Assembly (NCBI RefSeq): GCF_052425735.1
Contig: NC_135759.1
Location: forward strand, 40,238,001-40,302,000
DNA length: 64,000 bases
Direction of reading: 5' to 3'
Origin: Oculina patagonica
Taxonomy: Eukaryota
The position numbers and the translations under genes are program-made. Shown here piece after piece: positions 52,401-64,000 of the stretch. Within the stretch, counting starts at the first letter, position 1. The number at the start of each line of letters is the position of its first letter. A model generated the notes under the pieces. It was not told the DNA's origin and did no database searches. It worked only from the letters and a program-made list of their open reading frames with translations.

Positions 52401-54639
52401 CTGCGTAAGCACACTCTGAATCCATTCGTTTCTGTTGAATGGGGGTATTTTTTCTTCTTCACAGAAATTATCTAATTTGTCATCACGCAAAGCTTCCCCT
52501 GTGAACGACTGCGTAAGCCCACTGTGAACCCATTCGTTTCGTATTGTTTTGACGGCCCAAACTTTGCGATGACAATCATCAAGCAGCAAGGCAAGGGGTG
52601 GTCATTTCATGTTATTTAGCCTGTCGACCCGAAGAAAAGCAGCTAGATCGCTTCAATTATTGAGTTAGGATGCTTGTTGTCATAATATTAAGTAAGTCGA
52701 CGTTCTTTACATATGGGCCCTTCGTTTCGAAGCAATACCTGTTCCTTTTATGCATTGCGTGCGTCAAAATTAAAGTTATTTGTTGGCTGGGGTGTCCTAC
52801 ATGCAAACACACGCGGCGAAAATAAAAAAGTAAAAAAGGTCAGTCTTTTGTGGAACGCTGTCGAAAGTCTAGAAACGTCGAAAGGCCAAAATTAAGAAGG
52901 AATCGTTGTATCAAACGTTAAAATCATGTATTTTTGTTCAATGCGTGAACTGTTTGTGAGCTATCGATGCTAAACTTACCGATAAGAAGTGGCTTTTGAT
53001 TGGTTAAGATATCGAATGTTGGTGCGGAACGGTTCTGGAGAGCACCGGGGTTGTTGCGATTGGCTAAACATCCAGAAAAGAATGCCGTTCGGAATCAAAG
53101 AGCCGTCCGTGAGGAGAGGTGCTGTGTGAAAGCCAAAAATGTAGACTACAGAGCTAGAGAAGGATAGAATATTTCAGTTTTATACAGTACTTGCAATAAA
53201 ATTTAAAACTGCTACTGGGTACTATAAACAAATTTACTTTACAACACTGTATTATAGCGGTTTTTAATTGAGTGTCGAAAAACCAAAACAAAAGTAATTA
53301 GTCTGCCCGATCACAAAGGACACAGACAATCCAGTGAGCCAATCAAAACTCGAAGCAAATACAAGTAGCCGGCACGAAGCGCGGAAAAACTTGTGCGAGC
53401 GAGTCACGGTTTTTCGGTTTCACTTCTGATTGGTTGATAAAGTGGCACAATTTTTTGAGCCAATCACTAAGCGTAGGGAAGCAAAACCTGAGAAAACGGA
53501 AATTACTTTAGATACTCAAGTGAAAACCGCTCTAGTAGGTTGATCGGCAGACTTTACTTCCCCTGATAATCTAAATGAAATTCACGGCAAAAAATTTAGA
53601 AAAATAACTCTAATGTAACTCTAATTCTATCGTTTTATTTTTTTTCTAACGACAGGACATGCTTGTAGTTTGCATTGAATTTAGGGCCTCATTGAATTAG
53701 TTTCACATCCCAGCATGCAGGCGCTGATCCTGGGATAATGCAGTTTGTTTCTCATCTGTTAGCCTGGTGAGTGCAGGTGTATGGTCCCAGTTAAAAATGG
53801 ACTTTCATAATTTCGATCTTTGAACTCGGGCGTTTTTAAAGCATAACGGTTCGTCTTTTTACCATGTAAACAGCGTTGGCCTTACTGATAGCCAATCACA
53901 TCTCAGGAATTTAAAAATAGAGATAAAATCACATTTAGATCAAGTCACAAGCAATTTTTCTTGTTCGCAGCAAGCGTGAAACTAATCATTAAAGAAGCTA
54001 CGTCACGGACAACACATTTTGAAAAAATTGGCAAACTTTTTCAAAATTGTTGTTTGAAATTTGTCTTAATCTTTATCAGTCGGAACCATTCTTGGTTATT
54101 TTCGCTTTTTTTGTTACTCCTTTGTTGTTTTTCTATGTTAGAAAACTATTATTTTCATATATATACATTTCGCCGATAAAAAGTTAAAAAATAAAACTTA
54201 AGGTAAAAGCTGTTAAAATTGATGCTAAACGTTTTTGATCTGTTCGATCATCATCAGAGATCGAAAACGTTTAGCATCAATTTTAACAGCTTGTACCTTA
54301 AGTTTTTTTATTATTATTTTCAGGTTTCCTTTAATTTGAAAGGAGTCAAAATATGACTTAATATACCGTGGCATTGCTCCTTTAATCTCCATGCCAAGCC
54401 TTCCCATTTTCTACTGGTCAATTATATAACGCGCGGTTTTATAAAGAGCGGAAACTCTTGCCAGTAGGTAGTTCCCGAAGACTGTAAAAGGTTCCCTTAG
54501 AAGATGCCACTGAGTTACAAAAACTTATGTCGCTTGTTATCGATGTACAAAAATGCCTTTAATCTAACGAAACTCAAAAGTAAAAGCTTACCGAGGTAGA
54601 TAAACAACAACGAGATAGTAATCAGCCCAAAAGCGACAT
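49413..54639 (-). CDS. LU gene 5: Ly6/uPAR domain GPI-type protein; exon 2 (49783-49413) intact, putative exon 1 (54639-54592) is 1 nt short (frameshift allele, pseudogene or assembly error)
   Basis: Exon 2 follows ttcttccag|: ASSLRCNICQSTQSWEHC...ECTFTDARCVKYNY...MFARGCLPQSQC...PACKDL...ATCDVSCCGEDLCN, then a hydrophobic tail. The only signal-like exon found ends ...GLITISLLFIYL G|GTAAGC, and its ATG (54639) is out of frame by one base. Confidence 0.8.
49973..50880. repeat. (AAAC)-derived satellite with ~180-195-bp higher-order units, in LU gene 5 intron
   Basis: AAATATGCAAACA.ACA.CTGAAACAAA recurs at about 50000, 50259, 50441 and 50635. Confidence 0.9.
52323..52540. repeat. ~105-bp direct tandem duplication
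   Basis: TTTCTGTTGAATGGGGGTATTTTTTCTTC...GACTGCGTAAGC.CACT.TGAA.CCATTCG occurs twice. Confidence 0.9.
53255..53534. mobile_element. MITE with AGCGGTTTT.A.TTGAGT TIR
   Basis: AGCGGTTTTTAATTGAGTGTC ... GATACTCAAGTGAAAACCGCT. Confidence 0.65.
53993..54381. mobile_element. TTAA-flanked Kolobok-like MITE with nested 96-bp hairpin (54202-54297)
   Basis: Homologous to 9236-9456; TTAA on both flanks. Confidence 0.7.
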
Positions 54640-55400
54640 AGAGGCCCTCGGGTTGGTGAGATTTTGAGGGATTGCAAACGATTACTTTGCAAAATTTAGG
54701 CTAAATATTTTTAAAATAAAGCATCAAAGATGAGTCATACTTTAGTATCAAACATTCTCTATTTTCTTTTATAAATAAGAGAAAAACGGGTGGGAGGCGC
54801 GAAACGAAGACTGAAGTCCCTAGCCCTGGCTTATTTTTTCGTGTCTCTGAAAAGTGCCATCGGGTCTGCGACTAAATTAACGTGCAGAATACGAACACAA
54901 GGTCTGAGATTGAGATTCTAGACGCCACAAAAAAAAAAAACTAAAAAAAAAAAAAAAAGTCAAATCAAAACGGGGCCATAGGCGGCTATGGCCCCGTTTT
55001 GATCTGACTGTTTCTCTACAAAAGCGGTTAGGTCCGGACCAATTTTTTGACTGGTCCGTACCCAATTTTTCTGTCGTGTAAACGCACCTTAAGTCGCGCA
55101 CAATTTTTCTCAAAATTTCAGCTAGTGGGCTAGTCAGCTTCAACTGCTAGTGAAGCACAAATTTTGCATAACTGACAAGTCTGCGATAGAGATTTTCTTT
55201 AATTTTCTGATTCCCTGCTGTTTTCCAGTTGCTAATTCGTTGTCTTAGACCCAATGGCATGAGTCTATGAAGAATTAAATCCGGCAATTTGAAGCCAGGT
55301 GAAGAACAGCACCAATATATATGCTAAAATTTACCTTTATGTGTCATATATTGATTATTAAAATTTGGTCCGGCTAAAATAACTTAAAATCAAGGGAAGC

Positions 55401-56963
55401 ATGGAATATCTTACTCTTGGGGTTTTGGTGAGCCTTTTAAATATCATCCAAAGAGGTATGATACAAAATTTTATTCACCTGCTTTGACATATCTTACATA
55501 CAATGCCAGGCATGACTCTTTTCAAACGGCCAAAAATAAAACAACAATGAGCAAAGACCTTACCAACACTACTGTTGATAAACGAAAGCACTGAAAAATC
55601 AGGCGAACTGAAGTAGCTGAAAAGTGAGACTGCAGTTTAGAAAGACATTAAAAAAAAGCTTTAAAGAAGCTGAAAGATGACTGTTTTTTTTTTTTACTAG
55701 TTTTGTGTATGATGTCAACATGTACAGGTGCGCTGGCTTTTAAAAGACTCTTTAAGATATGTTTTTTATTCACAAACAATATCTATTTTTATTCATCAGT
55801 TCTGAATGACATGGTTAAGACTGAAATTCAAAAACGTGTAACGTAAAGGAATAAGGGGAACCAGTTTTTGCAGGAGTGTCGTTATCTAATTCTCCTTAAA
55901 ATTTTGATACATATTAAAGTAAAATAGTGATGAGAATTAAATTTGTCATCACCTTGGGCCACGTGCTCTCTTGAGGTACTCCTAATTCTCAAACTGTAAC
56001 ATGAACCTCTGACAGACACGAAATTGCTAGTAAGAAGCAAAAGCTTAGGAAGAAAGTCCAATTTTCTTTTAATGGCTTTCGCGTGCACTGCATTGCCAGA
56101 AAATACTCCGAAGTGATTGTATTAATTAACCGATGCCAGTACGCTGGGCTGTAAAGTTTCCTCAGCATTCGCATGTCGGTTTTTTTATATTAACAAACTC
56201 TTAAAACATAAACTTTGGACAGATCTTATTCACAATATCCGCTCTGATGGTTTTATGTTGTTACGTATGTAAATTAAATAGTGATTTCTGAGAGAGCGCA
56301 AAAACTTATCGATACTGTATAGTTACATGTTCACATTTATTATTTTCTTCTTATTAAATTATATTAAGTACATGAGCTTGAATACAATTGTTCTGTCTTT
56401 TTATTTTAAAGAAAAAAAGAAAATTGAGGTTATTTTTCTCTATTTTTTTACATTTTTCTTTCTCTAATTTTCTTTTTTTCTCTTTTCTATATATTTCTTT
56501 CATTCGCTTCGTTTGCTTGAAGTTTTTTCCTCTCGTACGTATACACTGTGTTCCGTATTCAAGAAAACGGTATTCCCGTATTCCTTGATCATGAATAAAT
56601 GCGTGTGAATTGTTTTCTTATATAGCAAGTGGCCTGGAATGCTACCATTGCCAAAATTCCACTTCTTGGGAAAGCTGCGACGAGAACCTTAAAGAAGTCA
56701 CTTGCCCAGAAAACTACAAGAGATGCTTCAAAGCCACCATAACGACTCAAAACGACTTAAAAAATATTTCAAGCTCCGTCTTTGCTAGAGGCTGCGCCGA
56801 CAGATGCGATGCCACAGGGATTCTCCATTGTGACAAGCACGTCATTTGTGATGCGTATTGTTGCACCGCTGACCTATGTAATATGAGCCCGTCGATGGTG
56901 CCCAGCAAGATATTGTTAATCTTCATGGCAGCGCTTTTACCGCATACTCTTGCCTACAAATGA
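55401..56963 (+). CDS. LU gene 6: Ly6/uPAR domain GPI-type protein, 130 aa; exons 55401-55455 and 56626-56963
   Basis: Exon 1 MEYLTLGVLVSLLNIIQR G|GTATGA. Acceptor tttcttatatag| in phase 1 to ASGLECYHCQNSTSWESC...RCFKAT...VFARGCADRCDATGILHCDKHVICDAYCCTADLCN, then tail KILLIFMAALLPHTLAYK*. Confidence 0.9.
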
Positions 56964-58294
56964 AGTAAAGTTATTAAATCAACTAACTGGTCAGTCAGTT
57001 TGCTATTATAATGTAAGCATTCCTCTGAGTCTCTCACATCGTGTACTCTTTTGTAGGGAATATTGTTTGCAGGGAATAATGCTATGCAGTGCAGTAGTAA
57101 AGTACAGTCGCATGCGGTGGGGTGCAGTGCAGTCAAGAGAAAATGGTGGGGAGCAGTGCTGTGCAGTGTAGGGTGAAAGGATTTCTTTCAGCGAGAACAT
57201 ATGAACAAACTCTGCATTTAAACGTGTAGTTGTTTAAGACTACTCTTGACTCTTTGAAACCAACTATTTCAAAAGAAAGGTTTGCTCATTACCCATGTAG
57301 GTGTAATGCGAACGAAAAACAACTCTGTAACCGGTAACCGCTGTGAAGTCACTTTTCCTGGCAAGGTTTGACCGCCAATAAACGAAAATTTCAGGAAAAT
57401 CAAAGAAAAAGGTTAAATTTTTTAATTTAACAATACAAACAACTATAGAGAAACCATAAGTGCTTCAAAACCAAACACCCTTTTTTATGTCACTGTTTGT
57501 TGACAAGAACTCTAATTTCTGGGTTCAAACCTAACTGTCCTAACCAACAGGAGCTATGTCACGGTGGTTATTCTGTTTATTTATCTTCGTTAGTAACGAG
57601 CTCTAAACTACAAATTGGCAGAGCTATGATTCTTTTATTGTCAAAATAATGGACACATAACAGAGGTGGTGGAGCGTTTTGGAACGTCGGGGGTGGGGGA
57701 AGGGGGATGCTTAGACTCTCCCAAAAATACTCTGCCGGTCTTCATATTCGGAGCAACATTTTCACGTTCTAGTAACCTTTTTGTATATTGAATAGTTTCT
57801 AAGCCGAAGATTTCCGAAGAGTTTTCAAATGTTGTTTGAAAGCCATACGAACGGTTCCGATCAATTTTGGAACTTTTCCGAAGATAAACGAAGTTTCCCG
57901 AAGAATTCCAAGAAAGTTTGAAGATGTTTGAACTTTTGATCGTTCACCCGTCAGCAGACAAGATGTCATCGGTTTCTTCACGATTGTTATCCGTTAAAAG
58001 GAAACCCTTTAACAAGTTTTGGCCTTAATGTTTTAATGACAGTTCAGATACAAATGAGGCACGATTTACGTTTTAAATTTCTGTGTAAGCCCTGCTGTAA
58101 GCCGGCTTACAGGCTTACACGATTAATTTATCACCTGTGCCAAGATTACGTGATGGAAAAAAGTAAATTGGTAGCTTTCTTACCTGAGGATAGGTTAAGG
58201 ATCCGTCTGTTGCCATGGCAACCAATTTCTTCATGCTAATTTTCCCCAAAAAATCCTTAATTTGAAATTTTATTCTAACCCACATGAAATGACA

Positions 58295-58668
58295 GGGTTA
58301 CAGGCTTACATGCTTACAGAGTTAGTTACAGAGTTACAGGCTTACAGAGTTACAGGGTTGGGTTACAGGCTTACAGAGTTATAGGCTTACAAAGTTACAG
58401 GCTTACAGAGTTACAGAGTTACAGGCTTACAGAGTTATAGGCTTACAAAGTTAAAGAGTTAAAGGGTTACAGAGTTACAGGCTTACAGAGTTACAGAGTT
58501 ACAGGCTTACAGGCTTACAGAGTTACAGACTTACAGCTACAGGCTTACAGAGTTACAGGCTTTCAGGCTCTCAGAGTTACAAGCTTTCAGGCTTACAGGC
58601 GTACATGCTTACAGGGTTACAGGGTTACATAGTTACAGGCTTACAGGGTTACAAGCTTACAGGGTTAA
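58295..58668 (+). repeat. 8-bp minisatellite (TTACAGGC/TTACAGAG)n
   Basis: Read directly from the sequence. Confidence 0.95.
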
Positions 58669-59939
58669 CAAACGGGTGCTTAGTGTAGTTAAAACAAATT
58701 TCTAAAACTTAACTGGACAGTGTTGAATCTAACGAAAGAACTCATATGCAAGGTGACCCTACTCGGAGGAATGACAAAACGACACGGAATATTCTAAACA
58801 CGGAATAGTGAAACAGTAAAAAAAGCAAATAAACAAAACAAAGTGCTTTGTAAGGTATTTACGCACTCTTTGGATGCAGCCCTGGGTGTGCTTTCTGAAA
58901 TCATGCTCACTTCTGAATGTAATGTTTCTGTTTCAGGAAAATGATTTAATTAACGCTAAATGGATTTCGCAGATGGAAATTAAATCACAAAATGCATTCT
59001 GCCTTTAAAAGCAAAGAAATTGCAATATTTAAAGTTCCACTGCAATGACAAAACTTCCCATCGTCTTTCTTTATACTGCCGTGTCCTCTGCCGTACTTTC
59101 CTGAGTGTGGGAAAGTGAGCCTTCGACATTTTGTCTAGATTTTGGCACAAAAAGGGCGCGAAAAAAGACTAGAAATGAAAACTGCTTTAGCCAATGCTCG
59201 AATTTTCAGTTTTCTACTATTTTTGACACATGACATACATAAACAAATATGTGAATACAAATAAAAATATTTTTCAGCTTTTATTTCTTAATTGAATGCG
59301 ATTTTTTCCATTAAATTGACATACCATGTTAAAATAATCCAACAATATGCTAAGTCGATTACCCAGATTACTTGCAATATGCATATAGCGCAATGATTCT
59401 ACTGCATCGTCTGCAGATTTGTTCGTAGAGGTTATCTTCTTTAACCAAACTTCAGTGTTATTCTTCCAATTTATTTTACTTAGTTTTTCTTTATGTCGAC
59501 GCCTCGATTTAACCAAAAAGTTTTTTTTATATCAATATATGTGTTTAGGGTATTTTGCATTTCGCGGTTTTTGATACAAGCACCAAACTCTGTAGGAATA
59601 TAAACAATTACATACTGGCCAGTTCCTGATATGGTGCCAAGTTCCATTTTCATATATCAGCTAGTTAGCAGAAAATGAAATTTTCAGACAAGTGACTCCC
59701 GCGAAGTACGTTTTCTCGCGATTGCTCTTTCGAAAAGCAATGCACGTTTATTACATGTACAAATAAAATATGTTTAAATAAGGACTGAAGTTGTTTTTCC
59801 CCCCTTTTTACAGAGCTTTATTGTATGAATGTCGGCCCTAATTTGCAAATAGTCTGCTCAGTGATTTGTGAGTTTTTTGAAATGTGTAGTATTTTTGATA
59901 TACGATGGTAGTGTCTGCACCAGAGGATTGAGATGAAAC

Positions 59940-60075
59940 TACGAATTAGAATTTTCAGTAGGATTTTTGCTGAAACGATAGGTCTTCCAGGATGCCCTTG
60001 TTTATGTAGTTTAGGTAATATATAGAAGCGGCCAGGTCTGGGATTGACGGGAGAAAGATATAAATGTCGCACATC
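59940..60075 (-). mobile_element. Inverted Penelope RT 5' fragment
   Basis: [25 protein letters not shown], the Penelope RT motif FY.LPK.HK...GRPIVS. Confidence 0.85.
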
Positions 60076-60529
60076 GAGCATACAGGCAAAAATAAAGTTA
60101 CCAAAAAGACCTCTTAGCATGGCAACAGTTTTAGTACAGATAACAAAAACCTGCCAAAAATATAGCACTCAAGCTGACCCCGCGAGAGAAAAATGGATTG
60201 AAGTTTCTTTATTCAGTTAAAACGGACGTCTTGCGCCAGTTCAAAACAAAATGGCGCGCTTTAATACATTTTTCGAGGTTTGACTTTAATTTTCTCGAGA
60301 ATGCTTTAGAATTTAATTGCGGGGTCACTAAGACAAATGAATTTCGATGAGATCTTTTAAATAGTATACAAAATGTTGCCGCGCAATGAGTAGATTTTTG
60401 GTACTTAATTTTCGCACATATTGCTCGAATTTCAGCGGAATCCGTCTTAATAAGTTTTTATCTATAGGTTTATCTTTAGTAGTCCTTCAAGATATTTTTG
60501 ACTCTCTTATATTTTTTTATTTCTCCCTA

Positions 60530-61750
60530 GCTCCGACGCATCCATTTACCTTACATGTCTCCTCGCTTTACACAGACATCCCTACTAATGAAGGTATCAA
60601 TGCCTGTAGAAAAGCCTTAGAAGCAAGATCTCAAAAAGATATACGCACTGAAGCTATCTGTGACCGGATACGCATTATTCTGAATATGAACAACTTCGAG
60701 TTTAAAAACGAACATTTCATGCAGCTGCAGGATACAGCGATGGGAACAAGAATGGCCCCAGCATTTGCCAACTTATTCATGGGCGATTTTGAAACAAAGG
60801 CACTTGATTCGTACCCGGACAAACCTTTTATTTGGTAGAGGTATATTGACGATATTTTTATGATCTGGACATTAGGAGCAGACAAGCTTGATAATTTCAT
60901 AAAACATCTTTCCACACTATAAAATTCACCAGTGAACGCTCGACCACCTCCATTCCGTTTCTCGACGTCAACATTCACCTCAACAATGGAAAAATAGAAA
61001 CCGACCTATACTCTAAACCTACAGATAAGCATTAGTAGTTATTGAACATGCAGCTCAAGTCATCCATATCATACAAAACGATCAATCCTTTACAGTCTTG
61101 CTCTACGTCTACCCCGAATCTGTTCCACTGAAAACTTTTTTGAACATCGCGTTAAAGAACTTCAGCAATCAGAGACTACAAACAACGCTTACAGAGCACG
61201 CCTGGTATCACGGGAAGAGTCTTTGCAGGAACACACTCGCGAAAGACGATCTGATAGTGTTGCTTTAGTAATCCAGCACTTCGTAACATTCAGAAAATAC
61301 TTCACAACAAACAACCTCTTCTTAACTCCTCTTCCAACTGTAAAGAAATCTTCAAAGAAACACCCGTGGTATGTTACCGGCGCTCTCCCAACCTTCGAGA
61401 TTTACTCGTCCGAGCGAAACACCAATGCAGTCAGCTGCCACCCGGCATCTTCCGCTTTAACTCAAATCATGGATGCCTCACTTGCCCCACATCGAAGATA
61501 GCAAAACTACATATACCTTCAGCAGTACTAACGAAGTCAAACAGATTAAACATCACATAACACTGAGCACAGGCAGGCCAGCAATAATCCAAGGCACAAG
61601 AAAGCAGCCACTGCAGTCCCTACTCATTTCAACATGCCAGGTCACTGCACATCAGACATGTCTATAGTTCCTCTTGAATTGCTACCCACTAAAAGTACTT
61701 CTCGTCGCAAAGCAAGAGAAGCATACTCATAGACTAGGCAAAACTCTTAA
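60530..61750 (+). mobile_element. Decayed Penelope-like retroelement (RT and GIY-YIG C-terminal remnant)
   Basis: VSSLYTDIP, TAMGTRMAPAFANLFM, RYIDDIF, IPFLDV, TDLYSKPTDKH and ...HFNMPGH...RRKAREAY, with stops and frameshifts. Confidence 0.9.
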
Positions 61751-62007
61751 ATACGCTCTGAAAGTGATCTTTATTCTTTTAATCGTTATATGAAAGTTAG
61801 CTTTAGTTTATTATTACTTTTATTTCATTTTTATTTTATATTATTATTATTATGATTATTTCCTTACGTAATGTTTGCTTAAAGTCCTTAGCGCCGAGAC
61901 CAAACCATGGTCCTGGGGCACTAAAGGGAAGCCAGTTTTTAGCTTGACAACACCCTCCTCAAAATATGCGCTGTACCCAGCAAGGTTATCTTCTGTAGTT
62001 CACTGAT

Positions 62008-62146
62008 NNNNNNNNNNNNNNNNNNNNNNNNNNNNNNNNNNNNNNNNNNNNNNNNNNNNNNNNNNNNNNNNNNNNNNNNNNNNNNNNNNNNNNNNNNNNN
62101 NNNNNNNNNNNNNNNNNNNNNNNNNNNNNNNNNNNNNNNNNNNNNN
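62008..62146. other. Assembly gap (N run)
   Basis: Run of N. Confidence 1.
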
Positions 62147-62159
62147 TTTATACGTATAA

Positions 62160-63033
62160 TACTCTGTAAGCCTGTAAGCCTGTAAGCCTGTAACTCTGTA
62201 AGCCTGTAAGCCTGAGCCTGTAAGCCTGTAAGCCTGTAACTCTGTAAGCCTGTAAGCCTGTAAGCCTGTAACTCTGTAAGCCTGTAACTCTGTAAGCCTG
62301 TAAGCCTGTAACTCTATAAGCCTGTAAGCCTGTAACTCTGTAAGCCTGTAAGCCTGTAAGCCTGTAAGCCTGTAAGCCTGTAACTCTGTAAGCCTGTAAG
62401 CCTGTAACTCTGTAAGCCTGTAAGCCTGTAACTCTGTAAGCCTGTAAGCCTGTAAGCCTGTAACTGTAACCTTGTAAGCCTGTAAGCCTGTAACTCTGTA
62501 AGCCTGTAAGCCTGTAACTCTGTAAGCCTGTAAGCCTGTAAGCCTGTAAGCCTGTAAGCCTGTAAGCCTGTAAGCCTGTAAGCCTGTTACTCTGTAAGCC
62601 TGTAACTCTGTAAGCCTGTAACCCTGTAAGCCTGTAAGCCTGTTACTCTGTAAGCCTGTAAGCCTGTAACTCTGTAAGCCTGTAACTCTGTAAGCCTGTA
62701 AGCCTGTAAGCCTGTAAGCCTGTAAGCCTGTAACTCTGTAAGCCCGTAAGCCTGTAAGCCTGTAACTCTGTAAGCCTGTAAGCCTGTAACCTGTAACCTT
62801 GTAACCTGTAACCTGTAACCTTGTAAGCCTGTAAGGCTGTAACTCTGTAAGCCTGTAACCCTGTTAGCCTGTTAGCCTGTAAGCCTGTAAGCCTGTAAGC
62901 CTGTAACTCTGTAAGCCTGTAAGCCTGTAACTCTGTAAGCGTGTAAGCCTGGCCTGTAAGCCTGTAACCTGTAAGCCTGTAACTTGTAACTCTGTAAGCC
63001 TGTATGTAACTCTGTAAACCTGTAAGCCTGTAA
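62160..63033 (-). repeat. 8-bp minisatellite (GCCTGTAA/CTCTGTAA)n, reverse complement of 58295-58668
   Basis: Read directly from the sequence; abuts an assembly gap. Confidence 0.95.
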
Positions 63034-64000
63034 TCAGTCCATGTGGGTTAGAATAAGATTTCGAACTAAGGATTTTTGGGGGAAATTGGGGAAAGATAAA
63101 TTGGTTGCCATGGCAACAGACGAATCCATAACCTAACCTCAGACAAGAAAGCTACCAATTTACTTATTTCCATCTCGTAATCTTGGCACAGGTGATAAAT
63201 TAATCGTGTAAGCCTGTAAGCCGGCTTACAGCAGGGCTTACACAAAAATTCAAAACGTAAATCGTGCCTGGTATATTCAGATAGTCCTACTTCATGGTGC
63301 TTCTTGGGTAGCTATTTCGTCGTGGGAGGGCAGAAAATGTAGGCTCTGAAATCGCCAATGTCAAAGATATTAATATAAGTTTGTAAAAAATAATCTTTAC
63401 AGTTTGTGGACCCTACCTTTTTTGGAGAGACGAGGTTAGCTGTGTTCGCGATATTTTAGGCACCAAAACGTAGGGGGGGGGGGGGGGGGGGGGCGGCTGT
63501 AGCACACCCAAATTTTCGTTTGGGGGAATACAGCCCCTGCTCCGCCGCCTATGCATAACAAAACAAAGAAGAAGAGATGGAAGCTGTAACGTAGCTCTCT
63601 GGAAAACGGCATAAAAAAGTCGGGCCGTTTTGCAAGTTTACTCAAATGGAATCCGTTAAAAGCTTCTCCAATTTTGTCCATCCAAACTCCTTCTCCGCTT
63701 TTTTTTATTCTTTTGAGTTCTTCTACAGTTTTAAGCCGTCATTGTGATTTGTCAGTTATCAAGGTTCTCTGACCAATTGCCAGTACAAACAACTATGGAC
63801 AACTATACTGCGTGACCAAAGCCCTTTTAAGTATTCGATCTGAATATTCGTAATCATTTGGATGGACCAACTTGAAGTACCCCTTTAATGAGATTTATTA
63901 ATGAGTAAGCCATTACATGAGTTATTAATGAACTATAAAAAGACGTATTTGCGTCTTTTGTGAACATAAGCGGAAATAGATCATCGATCAGAGTTAATTT

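Larger units (their letters stand above)
58051..63275. mobile_element. ~5.2-kb composite element: ~240-bp TIRs plus inverted (TTACAGGC/TTACAGAG)n arms, 8-bp TSD
   Basis: 58057-58295 is the inverted counterpart of about 63035-63269; TSD TTCAGATA at 58043-58050 and 63276-63283; spans an N gap. Confidence 0.75.

Noticed and set aside
1756-56963. Calling the LU genes secreted three-finger toxins, or assigning symbols such as CD59, LYNX1 or qvr
   Set aside because: All have GPI-type hydrophobic tails, and orthology cannot be established by eye.

Overview
AT-rich eukaryotic (animal) genomic DNA with spliceosomal introns, many MITEs and two assembly gaps (45326-45455, 62008-62146). The repeat content and gene style suggest a cnidarian, probably a stony coral; this is inference. 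Splicing by hand (GT-AG, all phase 1) gives a cluster of six Ly6/uPAR (LU, three-finger-fold) genes. Each has a separate signal-peptide exon, a 12-Cys LU domain and a GPI-type hydrophobic tail. Genes 3 and 4 are a recent tandem pair with a rearranged Cys pattern and an extra intron. Genes 5 and 6 are head-to-head, and gene 5 carries a 1-nt frameshift in its signal exon. In the middle of the cluster, a 24-bp 'minisatellite' appears to be exon 2 of an unannotated two-exon gene. It would encode a 253-aa secreted acidic, His- and Ser-rich protein, (DEGSSIEH)x25, which is a candidate phosphorylated biomineralisation or metal-binding matrix protein. The rest is non-autonomous DNA transposons with readable TIRs and TSDs (including a four-level nest) plus decayed RTE, CR1/L2 and Penelope retroelements.
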